From IMG/VR virus record IMGVR_UViG_3300005573_000004, positions 85,962 to 149,961 of that record: a DNA stretch of 64,000 bases; one strand, given 5' to 3'. A program made the translations under genes and the position numbers. Below the pieces are notes generated by a model. That model had not been told where the DNA came from, made no database searches, and was given only the letters and a program-made list of their open reading frames with translations. Below, piece after piece: positions 1 through 9,958 of the stretch; the first letter of the stretch is position 1; the number at the start of each line of letters is the position of its first letter. This DNA comes from a virus.

Positions 1-2
1 AA

Positions 3-1334
3 GATTTAGATATATTAGTAGATGGTCCAGGAGATAATCCAGCTGTTGAATTTGCTTCTATTTTAGAACAGAATAACGTTGGAAAAAATGCAGTAACGTT
101 TGAAAAAGAAGTATCAGATATAGATCCAATGGCTGCAAAATTTGGCGTTGCTAAAATGATTATTGATGGTATTCCTGTAGAATTAGTTATGCCACGTGGA
201 GAAAAGTATAATCCTGATTCTAGAAAGCCTGAAGTTTTTAAAGCAGATATAAAACAGGATGCTTTAAGAAGAGATTTCACTATTAACACATTAATGTATG
301 ATCCTGCAACCAAGCAAGTATTAGATCCGACGGGACACGGTTTAGAAGATTTAAAAAACGATGTTATAAGATCTGCTAATCCTGATGTAGATACAGTTTT
401 CAAAGATGATCCATTAAGAATGCTTAGAGCTATCAGATTTATGATAACTAAAGATATGAAAATTGATCCAAATACTTTAGATGGTATTCGTAGGAATGTT
501 GATAGGCTTAATATAATTTCTAAAGAACGAATTGCTGATGAACTTAAAAAAATAATTTTAGCAGATAAACCCAGTAGGGCAATCAGGCTAATGAAAGACC
601 TTGGTCTTTTAAAATACATTATACCGGAGCTTGAAGATACAGAGAAAGTGATGGAAGTTTCTAAATATCATCTTGAGGAACCTACTTTTGAACATATTAT
701 GCGAACATTAGATAACATTCCTCCAGAAATAACTTCTAGATTAGCAGCTTTATTACATGATATTGGTAAACCATTGACAAGAACCATAGAAAAAGGAGTA
801 GTGCATTTTATAAATCATCACAATGTTGGTGCTGATATGGCTAGGAAGATATTACAAAGATTAAAATTTCCAAATGAAATGATAGAAGATGTTAGTAAAT
901 TGATCCAATATCATATGGTGCCTCATATGTATACTAGCGAACAAGGAGATAAATCATTAAGAAGATTCTTATTAGATATTGGTCATTTGATAGATTTCAT
1001 ATATGATTTAGCAGAAGCTGATAGAAAAGGTTCTGGAGTTAGAAATGAAGAAGCCGAAGCTAGATTTCAAGAATTTAAAGAAAGATTAGAAAAGTTAAGA
1101 CATCAACCTATTACGGTTGAACAGTTGAATAAACCTCTTATTGATGGGAATGAACTAATGGAAATGTTTAATAGTCCGCCTGGAAGGTGGATACGTGATG
1201 TACATAAAGCTCTTGTAGATTTGCAACTAGAAAATCCACAATTAACAAAGGACCAAGCCAAGACTTTTGTTGAGGAATATGTAAGATTAAAGCATCCCGA
1301 AATTTTTAAGAATAGACTCTTGACAGAACATTAG
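3..1334 (+). CDS. cca: CCA-adding tRNA nucleotidyltransferase / poly(A) polymerase family with HD domain (5'-truncated by window edge)
   Basis: The frame is open from nt 3 (DLDILV = catalytic DxD), upstream of the ORF-track start at 129. Contains DALRRDFTIN, DDPLRMLRAIRF, ISKERI and HD-domain LLHDIGK...H motifs. Confidence 0.9.
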   Translation, partial: DLDILVDGPGDNPAVEFASILEQNNVGKNAVTFEKEVSDIDPMAAKFGVAKMIIDGIPVELVMPRGEKYNPDSRKPEVFKADIKQDALRRDFTINTLMYDPATKQVLDPTGHGLEDLKNDVIRSANPDVDTVFKDDPLRMLRAIRFMITKDMKIDPNTLDGIRRNVDRLNIISKERIADELKKIILADKPSRAIRLMKDLGLLKYIIPELEDTEKVMEVSKYHLEEPTFEHIMRTLDNIPPEITSRLAALLHDIGKPLTRTIEKGVVHFINHHNVGADMARKILQRLKFPNEMIEDVSKLIQYHMVPHMYTSEQGDKSLRRFLLDIGHLIDFIYDLAEADRKGSGVRNEEAEARFQEFKERLEKLRHQPITVEQLNKPLIDGNELMEMFNSPPGRWIRDVHKALVDLQLENPQLTKDQAKTFVEEYVRLKHPEIFKNRLLTEH

Positions 1335-1369
1335 ATATTTTGTATACTTTATAAAAAAGGAGTAAAACT

Positions 1370-1990
1370 ATGGGTTACCCTACAAATTATGACAGTTTTG
1401 TACCTGTAAAAAAGACTGGAGATACGATAACAGAAGTTATTAATATTCCTGCATCGGCAGCTCCAATTACAGTTTTTACAACATATCCAATTTTAAGAGG
1501 CGTGTCTATTCCTGGTTATGTGGAAGTTGTTGCCATTCCGGCTACTGGACAGTTTAGAGTCTATTATAAATCAAACCAGATTGTATTTGGTCCAACACCA
1601 TTACCTGTTTCGGTAACTATTACTTATATAACTACCGGGACACCAATTGCAGATATTCCATTTCAAGCAATATTAGATGCTATTACAGCGATTGAAAAAG
1701 CTCTCGGTTTAAATCCAGGAGGAACATTTTCAACACTAGCAGATAGGCTTATCGCAATTGAAAGCGGAGCAAATCATACACATAAAGTATATGATGGTAC
1801 TGGAGCAATTAATGGAACTAATATAATATTTACATTGCCTGAGGCACCATCACAACCAGAAGCGACCATAGTAGTTTTAAACGGAAGTGTTTTAACTTAT
1901 AATACAGATTATATTCTTAGTGGTGCTGATGTGGTATTTTCAGATCCTCCATCAGTTGGAGATACTTTAATAATTTATTATACAGTCTAA
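1370..1990 (+). CDS. Putative virion structural / tail-fibre-associated protein
   Basis: AGGAG RBS. T/P/G-rich beta character, AIEKALGLNPGG...LADRL motif and a C-terminal 'NGTN..FTL...LNG...DY...F..PP..GD' module typical of phage tail appendages. Confidence 0.5.
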   Translation: MGYPTNYDSFVPVKKTGDTITEVINIPASAAPITVFTTYPILRGVSIPGYVEVVAIPATGQFRVYYKSNQIVFGPTPLPVSVTITYITTGTPIADIPFQAILDAITAIEKALGLNPGGTFSTLADRLIAIESGANHTHKVYDGTGAINGTNIIFTLPEAPSQPEATIVVLNGSVLTYNTDYILSGADVVFSDPPSVGDTLIIYYTV

Positions 1991-2003
1991 ATAGGAGGAA
2001 AAT

Positions 2004-2288
2004 ATGGCTAAATATAATGCTAAAATACGTGGAAGTAGACAGATTATGGATAAAACTATAACAAATGCAGAGATAGCAGATGGAGCTGGAATAGAAGAAC
2101 AAAAATTAGCCTTAGCACACGGAACTAAAGATTTATATGATAAAAGTGTTCGTACAGATGAATCTAGAACAGTAGAGGACAATGTTGATATTGAAGTTCC
2201 TCATATTATTATACGAGACAAAGTAAACGGTAAAAAATATCGTTTAGAACTTCGCAATGGAACTCCAGTTACGGTGGAATTAACATGA
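2004..2288 (+). CDS. Small putative virion protein
   Basis: GGAGG RBS. QI..KTITNAEIA..AGI...KL motif resembles phage fibre segments. Confidence 0.4.
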   Translation: MAKYNAKIRGSRQIMDKTITNAEIADGAGIEEQKLALAHGTKDLYDKSVRTDESRTVEDNVDIEVPHIIIRDKVNGKKYRLELRNGTPVTVELT

Positions 2289-2536
2289 ATGTTAATCCTG
2301 ATTCATTAAAAAAGCTTTGGGAGATTCAAAAACAATATTCTGGAAAATCCAGAAAAAGAATATTAGACTCTTTGAGAAAAAAGGAATATAATCCTCACCA
2401 AGATACGGATTATGTTAACCAGATGCAAGTTACTGATAGAGATACACAAATGGATCCAGATTTACAAGGAGAAGGAGGATCTTCTCTTGGAGTTGGAATA
2501 CCAAATTTAACAAACGATAAACTGGAGGGTTACTAA
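2285..2536 (+). CDS. Hypothetical protein
   Basis: ATGA overlap with the upstream gene; operon packing. Confidence 0.5.
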   Translation: MNVNPDSLKKLWEIQKQYSGKSRKRILDSLRKKEYNPHQDTDYVNQMQVTDRDTQMDPDLQGEGGSSLGVGIPNLTNDKLEGY

Positions 2537-3205
2537 ATGCTGCTCACTCCCAAGGCTTTGCTTCTTAAGAAGTTAGAGTTTTTAGTTGGTCGTCCTCTTA
2601 CTGCAGAAGAACATATGGAATTAACTAAAAAAATTAAAGTAGGAAATAATGCAGAAATTAAGGCTGCTGTAGACAAATTACGTCAAGCAAATAGAAAATT
2701 TGAACCTCTTTATGTTATTGTTGAGAAATATGCTAAAAATCAAGATTTATCAAAGTTATCTCAGGAGGAATTGATCAATATTGTAGAGGATATAGTAGTA
2801 AAGACAACTTCAGTACAAGCAGGATTACGCATTCTTAAAAAATCTAAATCTATGTCTAAAATGGCTCTAATTAGGTATATCTATAATCTTTATCTCAGAG
2901 ATGTACGTAGAAGAGAAAAGAAAGGAAATCGTGAAGCAATTACAAATGATCAATCAAATAGGCCACCAGTCGGAGAAAGTATGGCAGCTCCGTTAGGATT
3001 TGAAAATCCAGTTAAACTTGACCGTCTTTTGCCTATTGACGAATATGATTCAAAGGATGAATATCTAAATACTGAATTTAGGAATCGTCCTTCACATAAT
3101 GAACCAAAAAAACTTACTGTAAAAGAACGCATTAAAAATTATATCCAAAATTTTATTGGAAAACCAACAGGAGGAAAAGAAGATGTCGGAAATCAAAAGA
3201 ATTAA
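2537..3205 (+). CDS. Hypothetical protein
   Basis: GGAGG RBS; abuts the upstream stop. Confidence 0.6.
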   Translation: MLLTPKALLLKKLEFLVGRPLTAEEHMELTKKIKVGNNAEIKAAVDKLRQANRKFEPLYVIVEKYAKNQDLSKLSQEELINIVEDIVVKTTSVQAGLRILKKSKSMSKMALIRYIYNLYLRDVRRREKKGNREAITNDQSNRPPVGESMAAPLGFENPVKLDRLLPIDEYDSKDEYLNTEFRNRPSHNEPKKLTVKERIKNYIQNFIGKPTGGKEDVGNQKN

Positions 3206-3455
3206 CACAAAGTATTCTAGAGTTAAACCAGCAACAAAATCAGATCCTAATTCTAATCAACTTAAACGCAAAGCTTTTTTAGATGCCTTATTAGATGAAG
3301 CAATGGAGGACCCGTATACATATAGTTCTTTTGAAGAGGCTATTGCTGATTTAAGTGGAAAGTTTAAATTATCTTTAGACGAAATTAAATATTTGAAGCA
3401 ATCTTCTAAAGATAAAAAAATTAAATTTGTAGAGGAATTTAGAAAAAAACATTAA
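3156..3455 (+). CDS. Hypothetical protein upstream of terminase (small-subunit candidate by position only)
   Basis: Likely start is ATG 3183 after AGGAGG; immediately precedes terL. Confidence 0.4.
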   Translation: MENQQEEKKMSEIKRINTKYSRVKPATKSDPNSNQLKRKAFLDALLDEAMEDPYTYSSFEEAIADLSGKFKLSLDEIKYLKQSSKDKKIKFVEEFRKKH

Positions 3456-3459
3456 TTCT

Positions 3460-5241
3460 ATGCTCCAAGAACTAGACCCAATATATTTTATAGAGAAGAA
3501 TTTTGAATTAAATGGCAAGCATTTTACTTTAATAGATGATAAACTAGAAAATGCTCGCCATTATATTCGTGGTATTTATTATACCATAGCATTTACTTTG
3601 CCTAAAATAAAGAAGCCTATGGTTATTGTAAAAGGTCGTCAGGTTGAGATGTCAACCACGATGAGTAATATTATAGCGTATTTTACAGAGACATATCCAT
3701 ATTTTAAAACGTTATATGTTACTCCTGCTCTTGAACAGATGAAGAAATTTTCTGGAGAAAAAATTTCTCCGTTACTAAGATATAAACGTAATCCAGATAT
3801 TTTAAATCCTTTAGCCAAACAGGAGGATATTGAAGGAACGTTTACAGTTAAAATGAAACAGTTTTCGAATGGATCTACTATCTATTTAGAATCAGCATCA
3901 GATGAAGGAAATAGGATACGTAGTATTTCCGCAGATATGTTAATAAAAGATGAGTATCAGGATTTTGATGAAAATGCAGAAAGCAATATAGACGAAGTTT
4001 TAAGCCATTCTGCTTGGGGTTTAGATATAGCTTTAGGTACTCCGAAATATACAGAGACTAATTTTGAAAGAAAATGGAAGAGTTCAACTCAGCATTATTA
4101 TCATTTACAATGTCCATCGTGTAAACATTGGTTTGTATTGAAATTTGATTTATTAACTACAGGATTTAAAGTTCAATGTCCGAATTGCCATCACGAAGAA
4201 GACAAAAGAGCACTAATTCCGCACGGGAAGTGGATACCATTAGGTAATCCAAATGCCTTATATATAGGTTATCATTTATCACAGCTTTATGTTCCTTGGA
4301 AGTCTAAAGAAAAACTGGACCAAAACATAAAGGAAAAGCAGGAAGCTGGAATTAACGTTGAGAAATATTTAAAAAACGAAATTTTAGGAGAATTTTACGC
4401 TGGTATTTCTCAAAAACCTCCGACAGAAGCTATTGAACGTGCTTTTAAGCGAGATTTGCCTTATAATATTATTATTCCTATTTCTCGTCCAGTTTATGCT
4501 GGAGTTGACTGGGGTGGATGGAGTGCTTTGGAAGATGACCCGACACAATGTTATACTATTTATGCTGATGGTACATTAACAGAAAACGGAGTTTTATTTG
4601 TTAATTATATGGAAGTTATAGATATGCAAGATGATATAGAAAAAGCTGATAGAGTTGCACAATTAATGGAGCAGCGTCGTGTTAAATTATGTGTAGCTGA
4701 TAGTGGATATGGCAAAAATCAATGTTTGCGTTTATATTCAAAGTTTCCTACTAGATTTTTGCGTTGCAAATATCTTCCAGGATCATCGCTTACTTTAATT
4801 GATACTAAATCAGAAATAAAATCTGGTCTTATAAAAGCTAATATAGATTATTCATTAGAAGAGCTTTATTCTGCGATGCAGCAGGATAAAATACATATTG
4901 CTCGAAATCAATATACAGAAAGATTTATAGAACATTTTAAGAACTATGAAATAACTTTACAAGAAACGCATAATCATGTCCATAAACATTTTCAGAAAGT
5001 AAGAGGAAAGAAAAATAAAGTAGATGCAGTTCACGCAATCAATTTTTTACGTTTAGCTGCGTTACACGATTCTAATGCTTTAGAGCATTCAGATCTACCT
5101 GTAGTAGGTGGAGAAAGTATGCGTCCTAGAGCATATCCTTTATTAACTGGGCATTCATTGGAAGAATTAAAATATAGAGCACAAATGGGTAATCCATTAG
5201 GAGTTCTTAGTAGATCCATTAGACGCACAATGGGTGAATAA
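3460..5241 (+). CDS. terL: Terminase large subunit (lambda GpA-like)
   Basis: VKGRQVEMST Walker A variant, LIKDE Walker B, GTP coupling motif, CPSC/CPNC zinc motif, GVDWG RNase H-like nuclease domain. Confidence 0.9.
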   Translation: MLQELDPIYFIEKNFELNGKHFTLIDDKLENARHYIRGIYYTIAFTLPKIKKPMVIVKGRQVEMSTTMSNIIAYFTETYPYFKTLYVTPALEQMKKFSGEKISPLLRYKRNPDILNPLAKQEDIEGTFTVKMKQFSNGSTIYLESASDEGNRIRSISADMLIKDEYQDFDENAESNIDEVLSHSAWGLDIALGTPKYTETNFERKWKSSTQHYYHLQCPSCKHWFVLKFDLLTTGFKVQCPNCHHEEDKRALIPHGKWIPLGNPNALYIGYHLSQLYVPWKSKEKLDQNIKEKQEAGINVEKYLKNEILGEFYAGISQKPPTEAIERAFKRDLPYNIIIPISRPVYAGVDWGGWSALEDDPTQCYTIYADGTLTENGVLFVNYMEVIDMQDDIEKADRVAQLMEQRRVKLCVADSGYGKNQCLRLYSKFPTRFLRCKYLPGSSLTLIDTKSEIKSGLIKANIDYSLEELYSAMQQDKIHIARNQYTERFIEHFKNYEITLQETHNHVHKHFQKVRGKKNKVDAVHAINFLRLAALHDSNALEHSDLPVVGGESMRPRAYPLLTGHSLEELKYRAQMGNPLGVLSRSIRRTMGE

Positions 5242-5261
5242 TCAACCGGAGGTTCTAATAT

Positions 5262-8024
5262 ATGTATATAAATAGTTCTACTCCTCAAGGACAGTCAAAT
5301 TTTTACAAAAAGATAGCTTCACAGAAACTTGCAAGAGGCAATCAAGGATTTACACGTAAAGCTTCAGTATTTGGATATGGTACAGGATCGGATTCTGTTG
5401 GTATGCCTCCAGTAGCACTTAGTGGTGGACAGGTTAGCCGTATGGCTATGAAGCCGTTCAGTCCATTATACCAAGAATCCAATTTAATGTTGCCAAAAGA
5501 TAGAAAGACAATGAACGCCTACAACAGGCATTATTATGAAACAGATTATTGGGTTGGGAATATTATTGATTTACATACTTATTATCCACTTGGTGGATTT
5601 GATATTATTTCAAAAAATAAAGATCTAGAACGTCTAATGATTCGTGCAGCTGATCGTGTAGATTTATTAAACATAGTATTAGGGGTTGGGTTAGAATATT
5701 GGGTTTATGGGGAAGCATTTCCGTTCTTAGAATGGGATAAAAATACTATGATGTGGAGCAGAGCAACTATATTTAATCCTGATTTAATGGAAGTTCGAAG
5801 AACCATATTTATGGATAAACCAATTATTACTTTAATTCCTGATGCTGAATTAAAGAGAATTGTTACTTCTACACACCCAGCGGATGCAGTATTGCGTGAA
5901 CAAATTCCGAGAGGAGTTTTGGAATATGTTTTAAAAGGTGAGAATATTCCATTATCATCAAGAAATATATCTCATATTCTTAAAAAGACCGTTCCACACG
6001 ATTTACGTGGAACTTCTATTATTCAAAGAGTTTGGAAAGAACTTATGTTACGTGATGCATTCAGAGAAGTATTATTTGTTATTGCTCAAAACCATATTAC
6101 TCCATTAAAGATATTCAAGATTGGTGGAGTTAATAAAGAATATTATCCAAGTTCTGATGAATTAGCAATATGGCAAGGAATTATTGAAGAAGCACAGAAC
6201 GATCCGAATTTTAGTATTATAACACACGAAGGATTAGAAGTAGATTATAAGGGTGCAACTGGACAGATTCTAGATGTTCATTCATATTTAGAGCAAATAC
6301 AAAATAACGTATTGACAGGTTTATTTGCTTCTAAAGCTATGACATCTGGTGATGGTCCGTGTTATGATTGTCAAACGGAAGTATTAACTGAAAATGGATG
6401 GAAGAAATATGAGGAAGTTTTAGAAAATGAAAGGATAGCAGTTTTTGATCCTGAAACTCATAAAATAGACTATGAACTTCCAGAAGAGCGGCATTATTGG
6501 TTAAATGATGGTAAAAAAGATATGATCCATTTTGAAACTCAGCATATAGATGTTTGTGTAACTGCAGACCATAATATGCACGTTTTGCGTGACGGTAAAT
6601 GGATAAAGATTCCTGCACAAGAGGTACGTTTAGGAGATAAATTTTGTGGACATTTAGAATGGGAAAGTCCAATTGAACCAAAACCTATAGTAATTGGTGA
6701 TAAGATTATAGATCCAAAAATTTGGATGAAATTTTTGGGCTATTTTATTTCAGAAGGTTATATTAGTTATAATAAATCAGAACACGAGAACGGACCCAAT
6801 AGTTTTACTTATCAAATACGTATACCACAGAGTAAATTAAGAAATCCAGAAACATTTGCAGATATAGAGGAAACGCTAAAGGCTATGGAATTTACTTATT
6901 CTATCATAGAGAAATCTCCAAAAGGATCGGAAAGCTATGATTTTATTATTTATTCAAAAGAGTTAGTAGAATATTTAGAAGAATTATTTGATGTAGTTCA
7001 AATAAATTCGTATACTAAATATATTCCACAAGACTATTTAATGTGGCCGAAAGAATATTTAAGTTTACTTTTACAAACATTGATGTCTGGAGATAGACAT
7101 ATTCGTTATTCACATAAGAAGAGAGGGCATTATTATGCGTACTCTACTTGTTCTGAGAAATTGGCTGATTCTATACAAGAACTTATTTTAAAGGTAGGAT
7201 ATTTGCCAACTAAGAGATGGGATCCTTATAGTGGAACTTCTGGGTTATGGCGTGTATATTACTCAACGAATTCCCCAGATATTGTTACGCCAGGATTAGC
7301 TAGTGCAGAACATATAAGTAAACTAGATGGCTATAAAGATTATGTATGGTGTTTTAAAATGCCATCAGGTGCTTTTATAACGAGACGTAATGGTAAAATT
7401 GGTACACATTTCAATACATATGCAAACGCACAAGTAGCTTATGAAATTCTTCAGAAGCGTTATGTTTATTTTAGAAATGTTATTGAGAGATGGCTTAAGA
7501 ATAAATTTTTCCTTCCTATTTCTATTATGCATGGTTTCAAAAATAAAGAAGGTGGATATGATGTACCACAGATTAAATGGTCTCGTATGGATTTTAATAA
7601 AGATGATGCTTGGAGAAATAAAGTTATTGAACTCAATCAGTCAGAGAAAAAACTTATTTCTGATAGAACTGTTGTTACGGAACTCGGTTTTGATTATGAT
7701 GAGCAACAGGAACTTATTCAGACAGAACGTATTGCTCAACAAGCACAAAAAGAAAAAGCCAAAGCAATGGCTAAAGGAGAAGAAGGTGGAGCTGGTGGTT
7801 TAGGAGGTTTAGGTGGAGGTTTAGGTGGAGGTTTGGGAGGCGGACTTGGAGGTTTAGGTGGAGGTGGAGGTTTGGGTGATTTAGGTGGGGGAGGAGGTTT
7901 AGAAGGTCTAGGTGGAGGAGGAGAAGGCGGACCAGAACTTGGAGGTCTTGGTGGTGGCTTAGAAGGTTTAGGTGGTGGCGGTGAAGGTCCAGAATCAACA
8001 GCATTTGGTACACCTGGAGAATAG
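5262..8024 (+). CDS. Portal protein containing an intein, with Gly-rich C-terminal tail
   Basis: Follows terL. YWVYGEAF and ISHI...DLRGTSII portal-like motifs; spliced junction reads GDGP|TYANAQV. Confidence 0.85.
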   Translation: MYINSSTPQGQSNFYKKIASQKLARGNQGFTRKASVFGYGTGSDSVGMPPVALSGGQVSRMAMKPFSPLYQESNLMLPKDRKTMNAYNRHYYETDYWVGNIIDLHTYYPLGGFDIISKNKDLERLMIRAADRVDLLNIVLGVGLEYWVYGEAFPFLEWDKNTMMWSRATIFNPDLMEVRRTIFMDKPIITLIPDAELKRIVTSTHPADAVLREQIPRGVLEYVLKGENIPLSSRNISHILKKTVPHDLRGTSIIQRVWKELMLRDAFREVLFVIAQNHITPLKIFKIGGVNKEYYPSSDELAIWQGIIEEAQNDPNFSIITHEGLEVDYKGATGQILDVHSYLEQIQNNVLTGLFASKAMTSGDGPCYDCQTEVLTENGWKKYEEVLENERIAVFDPETHKIDYELPEERHYWLNDGKKDMIHFETQHIDVCVTADHNMHVLRDGKWIKIPAQEVRLGDKFCGHLEWESPIEPKPIVIGDKIIDPKIWMKFLGYFISEGYISYNKSEHENGPNSFTYQIRIPQSKLRNPETFADIEETLKAMEFTYSIIEKSPKGSESYDFIIYSKELVEYLEELFDVVQINSYTKYIPQDYLMWPKEYLSLLLQTLMSGDRHIRYSHKKRGHYYAYSTCSEKLADSIQELILKVGYLPTKRWDPYSGTSGLWRVYYSTNSPDIVTPGLASAEHISKLDGYKDYVWCFKMPSGAFITRRNGKIGTHFNTYANAQVAYEILQKRYVYFRNVIERWLKNKFFLPISIMHGFKNKEGGYDVPQIKWSRMDFNKDDAWRNKVIELNQSEKKLISDRTVVTELGFDYDEQQELIQTERIAQQAQKEKAKAMAKGEEGGAGGLGGLGGGLGGGLGGGLGGLGGGGGLGDLGGGGGLEGLGGGGEGGPELGGLGGGLEGLGGGGEGPESTAFGTPGE
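6360..7415 (+). mobile_element. Intein (352 aa) with LAGLIDADG-type homing endonuclease domain
   Basis: Starts CYDCQTEVLTENGWK (block A), VTADHNM (block B), FLGYFISEG and LQTLMSGD (endonuclease motifs), ends FITRRNGKIGTHFN with +1 Thr. Confidence 0.92.
7783..7990 (+). repeat. GGL/GGGG low-complexity coding repeat in portal C-terminus
   Basis: Repeated ggaggtttaggt-type units encoding GGLGGLGGG... Confidence 0.9.
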
Positions 8025-8026
8025 TC

Positions 8027-9193
8027 ATGAATTTCTTTAATAACTCATTGCGAGGTGTAGATATGAAAATATCCAAGGCAGCTGAAATTGCCATAGATTT
8101 AGATGGAACTTTAATAGAAGATAGATTTCCGTTTCTTGGCAAACCTATTGAAGCAAATGTAGAATTGGTGCGTAAATTACACGATGCTGGTTATCGTATT
8201 GTAATTTTTACTGCAAGGCTTACTACTAGACCAGGTGATAAAGCAAAAATTGAAAAATTTCTACGTGATCGTGATATTCCATTTGATAAAATTACAAATG
8301 TAAAACCTAGTACAGCTTCAGTTTTTATAGATGATCGTAGCATTAATGTTAAATATAATGAAAACTGGCCAAGAAATATTATAGATCGTATTAAAAAGAT
8401 TATAAAAGACCATAAAGATGCAAAAGCTAAATTAAAAAAAGCGTCTTTAGAACATCCAGATACAATAGTGTTCAAACCAAATGAATATTATACGCAAGGA
8501 TTGACAGAACAACAAGTTTTTGATTATTATAATAAGTATGCAAATCAAATTGTTGAACAGCTAAAAGATAAACCAGTAATGATTGTGATAAGAACACCTG
8601 CTGGAGATATAATTAGAAAGAACGACCCAGCTGATGGAACTCTTACTATTTCAAATATTGAAGATTTTAATAATAAATTAAATACAGGTAGAACTATTGA
8701 AGTTCATAGAATATTAAAAGACGAAGAAAAATTTGGTCTTGTAGATGTAGATCCAAGACCGGAAGTACCATTTGAAGATACTAAAAAACTAACCCAAGAA
8801 TTAGTAGATTTTTTAAAGGAAGCTTTTAATGATATTTTAGATAACATTCAGGTTTATTTTAGTGGGAATAGAGGATTTCATATATATCTAAATTGGAGAA
8901 AAGAGATGAATGTCACTGAAATGCGTCAAGAACTTAGAAAGGCACTTGAAAATTTTTTAATTCAAAAGAAAGATCCTAAAGTAAAATTAGAATTACCCAC
9001 TAGAAATGATGAGACCAGGTTAGATATTACAATTTATCATCCTGGTGGCTCTATTAGAGTTCCTTATTCTTTACATAAGAAAACAGGTTTAGCTGCTATA
9101 CCAGTTAATAATATTATGGAATTTGATCCAAAATCGGCTATTATTGTAAAATCAAAAGGTAGTTATATTAACCTAAAATTTTTTAAAAAATAA
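8027..9193 (+). CDS. HAD-superfamily phosphatase fused to LigD-type archaeo-eukaryotic primase/polymerase domain
   Basis: N-terminal DLDGTL, FTAR, K and FIDD HAD motifs; C-terminal DVD, FSGNRGFHIY and RVPYSLH AEP motifs. Likely start is ATG 8063 after GAGGTG. Confidence 0.8.
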   Translation: MNFFNNSLRGVDMKISKAAEIAIDLDGTLIEDRFPFLGKPIEANVELVRKLHDAGYRIVIFTARLTTRPGDKAKIEKFLRDRDIPFDKITNVKPSTASVFIDDRSINVKYNENWPRNIIDRIKKIIKDHKDAKAKLKKASLEHPDTIVFKPNEYYTQGLTEQQVFDYYNKYANQIVEQLKDKPVMIVIRTPAGDIIRKNDPADGTLTISNIEDFNNKLNTGRTIEVHRILKDEEKFGLVDVDPRPEVPFEDTKKLTQELVDFLKEAFNDILDNIQVYFSGNRGFHIYLNWRKEMNVTEMRQELRKALENFLIQKKDPKVKLELPTRNDETRLDITIYHPGGSIRVPYSLHKKTGLAAIPVNNIMEFDPKSAIIVKSKGSYINLKFFKK

Positions 9194-9206
9194 GGAGGAA
9201 AGAGAA

Positions 9207-9674
9207 ATGGCAATTGTTAATCACAAGTATCATGTAACGTTTACGGAAGATACTGATACGTATCCATCAGTAGACAGAGAGATTAATTTTACAGATAGTT
9301 CAACTCCGATAGATGATAAGGATAGGATTTTTATTGCTCCTAGTTCTGCTGCTACATGGACTTTAGACACACCAGTTAAAATTTTTGATGTCAGTGCCCC
9401 TATTTCTGGAGTTGCCCCAAATGGACGTAAAGCTCGTTATATGCTTATTGAAGTTACTTCTCCGGTATATTTATGGTTTGAAAATGACCCTACTCCGACA
9501 AATCCAGTAGATCCAATTACTGCTGTTCCTATACGTATAGAACGTATGATGATGGTTGAGGGTCCAACAAGTGGAAGTATTCAAAAGATTTGGGCTGTTA
9601 ATCCAAGTAGAACAACTGATCCGACCCCAGTGACTGTAGAAATTAAATTATACTATACATTAATTAATTTATAA
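9207..9674 (+). CDS. Putative virion structural protein
   Basis: AAGGAGG RBS; T/P-rich, beta-type composition. Confidence 0.45.
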   Translation: MAIVNHKYHVTFTEDTDTYPSVDREINFTDSSTPIDDKDRIFIAPSSAATWTLDTPVKIFDVSAPISGVAPNGRKARYMLIEVTSPVYLWFENDPTPTNPVDPITAVPIRIERMMMVEGPTSGSIQKIWAVNPSRTTDPTPVTVEIKLYYTLINL

Positions 9675-9688
9675 AATAGGAGGATACC

Positions 9689-9931
9689 ATGCAAAATATT
9701 AAAAAGACACTTGAATCATTAAAAAAATCTGGTGATAGTAAAACAGTTAAAACAGGTAAAGTAGGTCCTATGCTTGATCCTATAGACTATCTTTTAGGAT
9801 TAGGACTTCAGTTTTATAGAGATCCTCTTTTTAGAAAATTTGTTTATAAAAAAACTCATAAGGTTCCGGCTGATTTACCGGAAGAACAACAATTAGAATT
9901 ATTAGCAGAATTCTATAAAGGTTTATCTTAA
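9689..9931 (+). CDS. Hypothetical protein
   Basis: AGGAGG RBS. Confidence 0.6.
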   Translation: MQNIKKTLESLKKSGDSKTVKTGKVGPMLDPIDYLLGLGLQFYRDPLFRKFVYKKTHKVPADLPEEQQLELLAEFYKGLS

Positions 9932-9958
9932 TTTTTTCTAACCTGAAAGGAGGAGATT

